The notes beneath the pieces are model-generated. The model saw only the letters and a program-made list of their open reading frames with translations. It was not told the origin of the DNA and did no database searches. Shown piece by piece: positions 1-7,494 of a stretch of DNA of 11,107 bases (within the stretch, counting starts at the first letter, position 1; every line of letters begins with the position of its first letter). The translations under genes and the position numbers were made by a program. Origin of the DNA: Candidatus Hermodarchaeota archaeon (GTDB taxonomy: Archaea > Asgardarchaeota > Lokiarchaeia > Sigyniarchaeales > SOKP01); assembly GCA_048885525.1 (NCBI GenBank), contig JBHLLP010000073.1, forward strand, positions 1-11,107. Reading direction: 5' to 3'.

Positions 1-161
1 TCTTTAAGAAATATCCTTTATTTAAAACTTTCTTAAGTTATCATAATATTTATGAAAATAACGTTCTATTGAATGTTATAGAATAAAATCAATATATTTA
101 TAAGGCTCATTCATTGGTTACAATATAAGAATCAATGAAAAAGATTTAATTTTAAGCATTA

Positions 162-193
162 TTTTTATCAATTAGATAAAAAATTAGATAAAA
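162..193. repeat. Exact 12-bp tandem repeat (AATTAGATAAAA x2, 170-193) overlapping an 8-bp inverted repeat (TTTTTATC-N5-GATAAAAA, 162-182), just before the ATG at 195
   Basis: Read directly from the sequence. A regulatory role is only inferred from its position. Confidence 0.6.
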
Positions 194-194
194 A

Positions 195-653
195 ATGGAA
201 GAAGATAATCAACACTTTTCTTGGACTATAAAACTTGATTGGTTAAACATTTTAGCAATGTTAAATCTTGAAAGTATCAGTCAGATTTTAGAATCTAAAA
301 AGGATAAAGCTATTAGAAGGATTACAAAATTTTATGGTAATAAAGCACTTATGGAATTCGAACCAAGCTACTTAGATAAACTTGTTGTAAATGAATTAAA
401 AGAATTGATGAAAAAAGAATTACTACAGTATGCAAAAAGAGAAGAAAAAATACAAAAAGAATTTCGAGATAAAATAATACCAATGAAAAGAGGAGGTATT
501 ATAAGGATTGATCCTCAAGATCTTAAAGATTTTAAAGGAGATCCTCAGGATATACTAAAATATTTCTATAAAAAGTTTATGGGAGAAGATGATGATGACA
601 CGGATGATGACGCGGATGATTACAAAGAAGATAAAACAGGATACTACATTTAA
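195..653 (+). CDS. Hypothetical protein, predicted helical, with Asp-rich tail and C-terminal HbYX-like motif (GYYI)
   Basis: 152-aa ATG-initiated ORF with normal charged/amphipathic composition. The tail reads EDDDDTDDDADDYKEDKTGYYI. No family recognised. Confidence 0.85.
   Translation: MEEDNQHFSWTIKLDWLNILAMLNLESISQILESKKDKAIRRITKFYGNKALMEFEPSYLDKLVVNELKELMKKELLQYAKREEKIQKEFRDKIIPMKRGGIIRIDPQDLKDFKGDPQDILKYFYKKFMGEDDDDTDDDADDYKEDKTGYYI
591..620 (+). repeat. Intragenic imperfect 12-bp tandem repeat (GATGATGACACG GATGATGACGCG GATGAT) encoding DDDT-DDDA-DD
   Basis: Read directly from the sequence. It builds the acidic linker of the 152-aa protein. Confidence 0.6.
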
Positions 654-812
654 ATCCTTAATATAATTTAATATTCTTATTTTAAAATAAATTTATAAAA
701 TCTTATTATTTAGGATTTGAACTTCGATCTTTTTAATGACAAGTTGAAATAATCTAAATTCAGGATAATTAGAATCATTTAAAATAAAAAAGAGAAAGAT
801 ATTTATATTTTC

Positions 813-2420
813 TCAAATGATTTTTGCTTTTAAAAACCTTAAATCAGTATTTCTAATTTTTCGATATATTATAAACAATAAAGTGTATGCTAAAAATGTC
901 CAAATTATCCAAGATAATGCTTGGTAGGTGTCCATGTTTAAGAAATAATTTATGAAATCTTCTACGAAATAAAATCCAAAATCATTTAAATCACCTGGAA
1001 AATCTACAATTTTTGGATAAAAAATAATCGCAATTACTTCATGCTCATTTTTCTTTAAAGTTCCAAATATGTTGGCGATGGTGAGATTTGTGGGGTCTGC
1101 TAACTCCAATTTAATAAATGTATTTAAATCCTCATTTATATGAATATCCGAACCGCCAATACAGGTTAGATTATTAACTAAGCAGTAGTTCCTTATTTGC
1201 TGGTATTTCCCTCCATAACTTCCACCATTAACAATTTCAAAACCATCAACACCCCAATCTCTTAATTGATCTAAGCTATATGGAACACCATTTCCTCCAT
1301 TTGGATTTAGATCGTAATTGTAGTGATTAACAGTAATATAACCTCCATTGAGTTTCACATAACTTATTAAATCTGAAGCATTCATCGCTTTTGGACCACC
1401 TGGAGTATATGATTCTAAAGGAACTATCTCTTCTTCTAACCCGAAATAATTAATATGAATGTCATTTTCATGATCGGTCCATTCTTGTCCAATCAAAACT
1501 ATAAAATCGAGCTTATTTTTTTCAACATAATCTCGAGCAATTAATGCCCCCCTCATATTTTCATGATCAGAAAAGACTGCACCATCAATTCCATGACTAA
1601 TATACCAAATTAATCTTTCTTCAGGAGTTAACCAACCATCCGACATTGTAGTATGTACATGGAAATCAAATAAGAATTCGTCATTTTCGAGTGGTATTGT
1701 AGGAATTATTTTATGAGATGTGAAAGGTGTAGATATTAGTACAATATTAGTACTAATTAGTAAAGCACCTATTCCTATATAAAGTATAGTTTCTCGTATA
1801 AATAATTGACGTCTCCCTCCTCTCCTCACTCTTCGGATCATTCCTTTCTTAGACAAGTTGAGTGTAAGTTTAGGATGAAATAATTTAAGTATCATATAGC
1901 TCATTTTTATGAAAATGAGAATAATACCAATATGAAATCCTAATTGAATGGGCACCATAAAATATCTATTTACAAATAAAAAGCCTTGTATAATATAACC
2001 GATAAGAATGTATATACCTATAATCAAAAATCCTGAAACTAAAACCTGAAAAGAAAAAGAAATGATATCAGCTAAGGGATATGTCAGATATCTATATTTC
2101 TCTGAACTAAACTTGCCTTTTTTCTTAAAATATAAATAAATACCCCTTATTATTGGATAAAATATCAAAAAAAGAAACATCCATCTAAATTCTTTCTCAA
2201 AAATAAAAGCAATTGCTGCAAAAGGTTCAATAATATATCTCATCAACGGCAATTTACTTGAAAAATCTAATGAAACATCCATTTGTCCAAGAGCATCATA
2301 GAATATTATAATTCTTTGTCCAATAATAGATAAAATAACAAGAAAGATGATCCAAATTAGGAAAGCAATAGATATAATCATGAAGAATTTATTTTTTTTT
2401 ATTAAAGATCGAATCTTCAT
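813..2420 (-). CDS. Polytopic membrane protein with PHP (polymerase/histidinol phosphatase-like) metal-dependent phosphoesterase domain
   Basis: PHP motifs occur in order: DFHVHT..SDG, SDH, GQEW, H(INYFG), NH, DGFEIVNG, GGSDIH. There are about five hydrophobic N-terminal segments and one C-terminal TM followed by a basic tail. Confidence 0.88.
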   Translation of the reverse strand: MKIRSLIKKNKFFMIISIAFLIWIIFLVILSIIGQRIIIFYDALGQMDVSLDFSSKLPLMRYIIEPFAAIAFIFEKEFRWMFLFLIFYPIIRGIYLYFKKKGKFSSEKYRYLTYPLADIISFSFQVLVSGFLIIGIYILIGYIIQGFLFVNRYFMVPIQLGFHIGIILIFIKMSYMILKLFHPKLTLNLSKKGMIRRVRRGGRRQLFIRETILYIGIGALLISTNIVLISTPFTSHKIIPTIPLENDEFLFDFHVHTTMSDGWLTPEERLIWYISHGIDGAVFSDHENMRGALIARDYVEKNKLDFIVLIGQEWTDHENDIHINYFGLEEEIVPLESYTPGGPKAMNASDLISYVKLNGGYITVNHYNYDLNPNGGNGVPYSLDQLRDWGVDGFEIVNGGSYGGKYQQIRNYCLVNNLTCIGGSDIHINEDLNTFIKLELADPTNLTIANIFGTLKKNEHEVIAIIFYPKIVDFPGDLNDFGFYFVEDFINYFLNMDTYQALSWIIWTFLAYTLLFIIYRKIRNTDLRFLKAKII

Positions 2421-2440
2421 AATTACAATTTTTCATGAAC

Positions 2441-2451
2441 TTATTAATAAA
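2441..2451 (-). promoter_or_regulatory. TATA-like element (TTTATTAATAA on the minus strand) 21-31 nt upstream of the PHP gene start; possible leaderless promoter
   Basis: Spacing fits archaeal TATA geometry. The same TTATTAATAA 10-mer lies at 6497-6506 upstream of the 7-TM gene. The AT-rich background weakens this call. Confidence 0.3.
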
Positions 2452-2491
2452 CCTTAAATTAAAACAGAAGTAAATTATTTCTTTAAGAAAT

Positions 2492-3682
2492 TTAAGTTGA
2501 GAGATAATGATCTAACGTTATTAGCGGATCTTTGAATTTTTTATAAATTTGAACATCTATAATAGGAAAAGTCTCACAAACTTTTTTTCTTAAATCTTTT
2601 TCATTAATCTTACATGATTTAGAAGGTTTTTTACCTTTTAGAATCAAATATAATATTGGCATTTGAAGATTAGATGGATGAATATCATGATTTAGATACT
2701 TTAATGAAGAATTTAGTCTATCAATTATAACTTTCTCAAAATCCTTTTTATTTCTTAACTCAAAATTTACCTTAATTGTTTCCCATAGATATTTCCGATT
2801 TATTAACCGCAGTATCTTGACTTTTTTTGAAAATATATCTGTTTTTTTCGAAATTTCTACTAAAAGTGCACCACGTTTAAATGAATTGTCTATAGAACAA
2901 ACAGCTTCTGATGAACCCGGATTATATATCCAATCTTGAAGCATAAATTGTTTATGAAAATGGCCTAAAGCTAAATAATTTACTCGATGCCGTAGGTGTT
3001 GAATATCTTCTAATTTAATTCCAGGAACGTTTTCCATCTGACCTTCAATTCCAAAATGCTGTAAGAGAATGTTAAATAAACCATCACTTTTAACAATCGC
3101 CTTTCGTATTTTCGAGAGCCAAGATGTTGGTGTTTCACCAAGATAGCGTGTACCATAAATTGTTACATTATTGATCTGAATTTTACCACCTTTTTTAGTT
3201 TCGAAATCATATGGTATAAACATTTCTTCCGGAGATGCTTCTAAATCACCATCAAGAAGGATAATCAATCCTAAACTATTTAAGAGTTTAAGCCATGACT
3301 GATCTCGTCGTTCGAACCTAATCCCTCTTGAAAACTTTCGAATATCATGGTTACCCTCTATTGATATAATTAAGATTGATCCTCCTGTAACTTTTTTGAA
3401 ATCTTTCAGTATTTTAATGATTTTAGTTAACTTTTCTGGCAAAATTTCTAATGAAGTAAACACATCACCACCTAATAACACGAAGTTGACTCGATACTTA
3501 ATTGCTAATTCCAATATTTCCTGAAAAGCATTTATGAAATCATCTGCTCTATATTGATTTCGATATTGAGCCGCTCCAAGATGAATATCACTGGCATGGA
3601 TAAATTTAACTATATCATTATTCCTACTTTTTGAAATTGTTGAATGACCTAATTTTAATTCAGAAATGTTTCCAATTGTCAA
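2492..3682 (-). CDS. mre11: Mre11/SbcD-family DNA repair nuclease (calcineurin-like metallophosphoesterase plus capping domain)
   Basis: All five phosphoesterase motifs are present: FIHASDIHLG, GGDVF, GNHD, QHFG, LALGHFH, followed by YNPGS. A capping-domain-like region (ILYLILKG) follows. TTG start. It may be a paralog rather than the main mre11. Confidence 0.85.
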   Translation of the reverse strand: MTIGNISELKLGHSTISKSRNNDIVKFIHASDIHLGAAQYRNQYRADDFINAFQEILELAIKYRVNFVLLGGDVFTSLEILPEKLTKIIKILKDFKKVTGGSILIISIEGNHDIRKFSRGIRFERRDQSWLKLLNSLGLIILLDGDLEASPEEMFIPYDFETKKGGKIQINNVTIYGTRYLGETPTSWLSKIRKAIVKSDGLFNILLQHFGIEGQMENVPGIKLEDIQHLRHRVNYLALGHFHKQFMLQDWIYNPGSSEAVCSIDNSFKRGALLVEISKKTDIFSKKVKILRLINRKYLWETIKVNFELRNKKDFEKVIIDRLNSSLKYLNHDIHPSNLQMPILYLILKGKKPSKSCKINEKDLRKKVCETFPIIDVQIYKKFKDPLITLDHYLST

Positions 3683-3851
3683 AAGAATTTAATAAGAAAT
3701 TAATTCATTCAAATATAATATTTATATTAAAATCCGCTTTTTAAGTGATAAAAGTCTAAAAAAGTAGTGAAGAATTTGTTCTAATGTAAAAAACAAAACT
3801 ATTATTTTTTTCTAAATTATACAAATTATTACAAGATGCTGAGAATTTATT

Positions 3852-4442
3852 GTGAAGATGGAAAATAAAGAACCCAAGTACGATATTGGTGTGATTCATG
3901 GCAGATTCCAAGTATTACATAACGATCATATAAAATATCTCTTAGCAGGTAAACAATTATGTAACCATCTTATAATCGGTATTACAAATCCAGATCCTTC
4001 TTTAACAAGAGATTCATTGGTGAATCCTCATAGAAGTACCGTAATAGCAAATCCTTTGACTTACTATGAACGGTTTGTAATGCTACAAGAAGCATTATTA
4101 GAAAATGGTATAAAATTATCGGAGTTCTCTATTGTACCATTCCCCATAAATGTCCCCAAACTTCTTAGATATTATGTTCCTACAGAAGCGATCTTTTTTT
4201 TAACTATATATGATGAGTGGGGAAGGAAAAAAAAGCAATATTTAGAATCTTTAGGGCTGAAAATTCATGTTCTATGGGAAGTATCACTTGAGAATAAAGG
4301 ACTTAGTTCAAGTGATATCCGTGAAGCTATAGTTGAAGGGAAACACTGGGAACATTTGGTTCCTCCAAGTGTAGTTAAACTCATGAAAGATTGGGATATT
4401 AATAAACGTCTCAAAAAATTGTATCTTAAAAAGAAATCATGA
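3852..4442 (+). CDS. Cytidylyltransferase-like (HIGH superfamily) nucleotidyltransferase, NMN/NaMN adenylyltransferase-like
   Basis: GRFQVLHNDH (variant of GRFQPxHxGH), NPLTYYER and SSSDIR...WEHLVP match NadM-type enzymes. The start is GTG 3852 or ATG 3858. Confidence 0.85.
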   Translation: MKMENKEPKYDIGVIHGRFQVLHNDHIKYLLAGKQLCNHLIIGITNPDPSLTRDSLVNPHRSTVIANPLTYYERFVMLQEALLENGIKLSEFSIVPFPINVPKLLRYYVPTEAIFFLTIYDEWGRKKKQYLESLGLKIHVLWEVSLENKGLSSSDIREAIVEGKHWEHLVPPSVVKLMKDWDINKRLKKLYLKKKS

Positions 4443-4544
4443 AGTTTAAAAAATTGATATATGGAATGTCAATAATAATTTGGGGATATATGATATAATA
4501 TGGAATTGGAATTGAATTGAAAAAATAGTCTGGATCTATATGAT

Positions 4545-5573
4545 TCAAATAAATTGATCTATTACTTTTTCGAATAATTTTTCATTTTTATTTGTCGTCT
4601 TTATATCATTGAAATCATGATTGATTTCTCTATTATAATAAGCAAAAATAATGGCGTCATGAAAAATTCCAGGTCTATTAGATTCTATTGATGCAACATC
4701 ATAACCAATCGCTTTAAAATCCAATTCAAGAGCATGTTTCATTGAATTAATACCCTCAATAGTAGTTGGTATTTTCCATATGACAATGCGGTAATTCCTG
4801 AACATTTTACAAATTTTCTTCATATAGGAAATATTTGATGCTCCAAGAATAGTTACTATGGAATGAAGAGGATTTGGTACAATTTCTAATTGAGGGATTT
4901 TTTTCTCTTTGATTCTTGCACCTTCACTCATGATTAACCGGTCATTTTTCATTACAATCTTCATAGTTCGTTTAAAATTCCTTATAAAATCATACAAAAA
5001 GATTATAAGTTCATCGTTGAATATATAAACTGCTTCCTCTCTACATGTGTACATTTTCGGAAGAACTGCAAAATATAGAAAAGCACCTTCAGTATATCCT
5101 TCATTGAAAGGTTTTGTCGGATCTATTGGATGATTACGTTTATCTCCAAATATATGATAATCAGGGGCAAACCCATACGCAATACCATTCGCACTTTCAG
5201 TTAGCCTTAATGCCCCTGCAGAATTTCTTACACTTGAATCTATTTTGATATAATTATTAATCAATCCTAATTCAAGTATTTTTGATAAACAATTATAACT
5301 CAATACAGATCCTAAGTTTATTCCTCTATACCGTGGATTGATAATAGTTTTACCTGAATATACTATTTTTTTATTTAACTCTAATAAACTTACTGCAGCA
5401 ATTTCACCACTAACTAAATTTTCCCCAATCATCCATACATTATTTTTTTTGTCCCACAACTTCATATATAGTTTTGATTTGCTATAGACTACAGGATCCA
5501 CATACTCGTACCCATATTCTTGCACATAAAGATCTGATATTTGTGTCGTATCGGTATGATCAGCGAACCTCAT
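4545..5573 (-). CDS. GNAT-family N-acyltransferase, probably tandem GNAT; true start may lie about 27-30 codons upstream
   Basis: N-terminal MRFA..TD...I pattern and acetyl-CoA-binding motif A INPRYRGINLG. The C-terminal half ends in a degenerate GNAT-like ALELDFKAIGY. The frame stays open upstream to 5663. Confidence 0.75.
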   Translation of the reverse strand: MRFADHTDTTQISDLYVQEYGYEYVDPVVYSKSKLYMKLWDKKNNVWMIGENLVSGEIAAVSLLELNKKIVYSGKTIINPRYRGINLGSVLSYNCLSKILELGLINNYIKIDSSVRNSAGALRLTESANGIAYGFAPDYHIFGDKRNHPIDPTKPFNEGYTEGAFLYFAVLPKMYTCREEAVYIFNDELIIFLYDFIRNFKRTMKIVMKNDRLIMSEGARIKEKKIPQLEIVPNPLHSIVTILGASNISYMKKICKMFRNYRIVIWKIPTTIEGINSMKHALELDFKAIGYDVASIESNRPGIFHDAIIFAYYNREINHDFNDIKTTNKNEKLFEKVIDQFI

Positions 5574-5766
5574 ACCAATTATAAAATCGCTACAAGCATA
5601 TTTGAAAAAATATTCATCTTGTTCTTTTCTTTTTACTTTTTGGGTTAATTCTATCGCAATCCCTCAATTTCATTAAATTCACATGAAAAATAGGAAAAGT
5701 GAAATATAAATATTATTGTTTTTTCTCCGACTATTTTTTCTTTAAAAGTTGTAAATAAAGAATTTA

Positions 5767-6471
5767 CTATTCATTTCGAAGATTTCTGCCTAATGCAAAA
5801 TAAAACAAATAGGTCCACAATAATATTGTCATATAGATTATTGAGACAAATATCCTAAACATATAAATATTTAGAAAATTTGCGGTAAAGACCAAAATCG
5901 GTAAAAGACCAAGTCCAATAGTTCCAATAAATAATGCGATATATTTTTTTTTAGTCTCATCTTTGGGTAGTTCTTTCAAAATTTGCCATGAAGTATAGGT
6001 TACAGGAATAATTGAATAGCTATAGACGGTAATTACCATAAATAGAAAAAAATATGGATTCCATATTGGAAAACCCTCATTATTAAATACTACTCCTGTT
6101 GTTAAGAACGCAATAATAAACATCCCAACTAGTAGAATTACGCCATAAGAAATTAAATATTTCAAGCGTTTATTAAATGTATAAATTAATGTGGATTTAA
6201 GGATGATCTGGTTAGTAATATAGAGAAATCCAATTCCAAAAAAATTAAAGAAATTGGTGAAGAGATGGAGAACTACTTTAAATGAAGAATCTACTATAAA
6301 TGAATAGATGATATTTAAAATACTTGCGATAATTACGGAAATTAAAAATAGACTGAAACCCACAACAATTGTCTCCTTTTTACGACTTAACATTTTATAT
6401 GTAAGGATGCTAAATATTAGGATAAATGCCCCTTGCCCAACAACAAGCATTATAAAACGTAAAGGTATCAC
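5767..6471 (-). CDS. Seven-transmembrane protein of unknown function (receptor-like, no soluble output domain)
   Basis: Seven hydrophobic segments are countable by eye, with short basic loops after TM1, TM3 and TM5 and a loop motif GFPIWNPYF. GTG start directly after an in-frame TAA. Confidence 0.8.
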   Translation of the reverse strand: MIPLRFIMLVVGQGAFILIFSILTYKMLSRKKETIVVGFSLFLISVIIASILNIIYSFIVDSSFKVVLHLFTNFFNFFGIGFLYITNQIILKSTLIYTFNKRLKYLISYGVILLVGMFIIAFLTTGVVFNNEGFPIWNPYFFLFMVITVYSYSIIPVTYTSWQILKELPKDETKKKYIALFIGTIGLGLLPILVFTANFLNIYMFRIFVSIIYMTILLWTYLFYFALGRNLRNE

Positions 6472-6771
6472 TTATTAAACTCTTGCCTAAATATATTTAT
6501 TAATAATTTTAATGAAACTCAAGAATTAAAATGTTTGTTATTGGACCATTAATTTTTTGTTGTTTAGATTTCATTGTTATAAGATTTTCTATTCAGCCTC
6601 AGTTAAATGAAGGAAGAATTCGATGATTTATAGCAGGGGATTTTGTCCCATCCCATGTCACAATTTTTAAAATGGCATAAATTTAAATATTTGAATTTCG
6701 TCGTGTATTAATAGTATTTTTATAAGGATCTCTATAATAGCGATTTTGATTTAATTTTACCCTAAGCCACT

Positions 6772-7227
6772 ATGTTAATTCGAGAAGCTGGAATACTCTT
6801 CCAAGGAATCCCCATTATATTCGCTCCTTTTCATAGAGCGAGTAAGATAAAAACGAATTTAATTTGTTCGAGCGGGTTATTAAATGGACTTTTAGGGTTT
6901 GCTGAATGTTTGATGGAACCGGTAGAATATTTTGAAAGTGATAATTATTCCTTAGTTTTTAAGAAAAAGAATATAATTGATCTATACAAAGAGAAGAAAG
7001 AAATTCTAGCTTACATTGTTTTAGATAAAGATTTTAAACTAGATGAATATCTGCACAAATCCATTCTTCCTCTATTAAATAGATTATTGAAAAAATTTAT
7101 TTCCAAATTTTCCGGGTACAATCTATTTAAAGTTTCTCAATTTGAAAATTTTGAAAAGGATATTAGAAAAATCTTTGGAGTGAATACTCAGACACTACAG
7201 GAAAGAGTAGAAGCTTTATTGGCGTAA
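6772..7227 (+). CDS. Stand-alone longin-like domain protein (Asgard eukaryotic-signature type)
   Basis: Pattern of two N-terminal strands (IREAGILFQGIPII), helix SGLLNGLLGFAECL, three strands (VEYFE, YSLVFK, ILAYIVLD) and two helices ending FENFEKDIRKIF matches the bb-a-bbb-aa longin fold. Confidence 0.7.
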   Translation: MLIREAGILFQGIPIIFAPFHRASKIKTNLICSSGLLNGLLGFAECLMEPVEYFESDNYSLVFKKKNIIDLYKEKKEILAYIVLDKDFKLDEYLHKSILPLLNRLLKKFISKFSGYNLFKVSQFENFEKDIRKIFGVNTQTLQERVEALLA

Positions 7228-7269
7228 ATACCTTATTTTTTTAAAACTTGTTCTAGGTTATTTAATTAC

Positions 7270-7405
7270 TTTCGAAAATTGTATTTACTTTCTCAGTAGC
7301 ATAATATCTTTTTCCTTTATATTTACATTTCTATATTTTAAAATAACCGTCTTTTTCGAAAACTGTATTGTATATCTTTTTTTGCTGAAAATTTCTATTT
7401 TTTAA
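7270..7405. repeat. Degenerate two-unit direct repeat in the convergent intergenic region
   Basis: TTTCGAAAATTGTATT (7270-7285) vs TTTCGAAAACTGTATT (7354-7369) match 15/16. ATTTCTATATTTTAA (7327-7341) vs ATTTCTATTTTTTAA (7391-7405) match 14/15. ATATCTTTTT lies between them in both units. Confidence 0.5.
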
Positions 7406-7440
7406 CACATTTCTTAAGTTTTTTAAAAAAAAAGATGAAG

Positions 7441-7494
7441 TTTAAATTTAGAAAATTTAAATAAATAAAAAATATAAGAAAAAAGTTTAAAAAT
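7441..7494 (-). terminator. T-rich tract downstream of cdhC, likely archaeal intrinsic terminator, plus a 9-bp AT-only inverted repeat (7441-7461)
   Basis: The minus strand after the stop reads ATTTTTAAACTTTTTTCTTATATTTTTTATTTATTT. The inverted repeat is TTTAAATTT-AGA-AAATTTAAA. Confidence 0.45.

Noticed and set aside
615-635. DDYKEDK resembling a FLAG tag
   Set aside because: Only a partial match within a natural acidic tail, and there is no vector sequence.
813-4442. PHP + Mre11-like + nucleotidyltransferase as an anti-phage or nucleotide-signalling system
   Set aside because: Mixed orientation, a likely separate PHP promoter, predicted different compartments, and no ATPase, effector or mobility context.
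4501-4520. Short GGAATT/GAATT iterations (TGGAATTGGAATTGAATTGA)
   Set aside because: Too short and low-complexity, with no spacers. Not a CRISPR array or a supportable element.
4440-4547. Selenocysteine readthrough at TGA stops (4440-4442, 4545-4547; also 813-815 and 6624-6626)
   Set aside because: The first two are followed by another stop within a few codons. None lies at a redox-Cys-like position, and I could not identify a convincing SECIS.
5638-5644. C-CCA-AAA -1 slippery heptamer in the short ORF upstream of the GNAT gene
   Set aside because: A -1 shift meets TAA almost immediately. Reaching the GNAT frame needs +1.
5767-6471. Rhodopsin or bona fide GPCR identity for the 7-TM protein
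   Set aside because: No retinal-binding Lys in TM7 and no DRY/NPxxY-type motifs. Only the helix count is shared.
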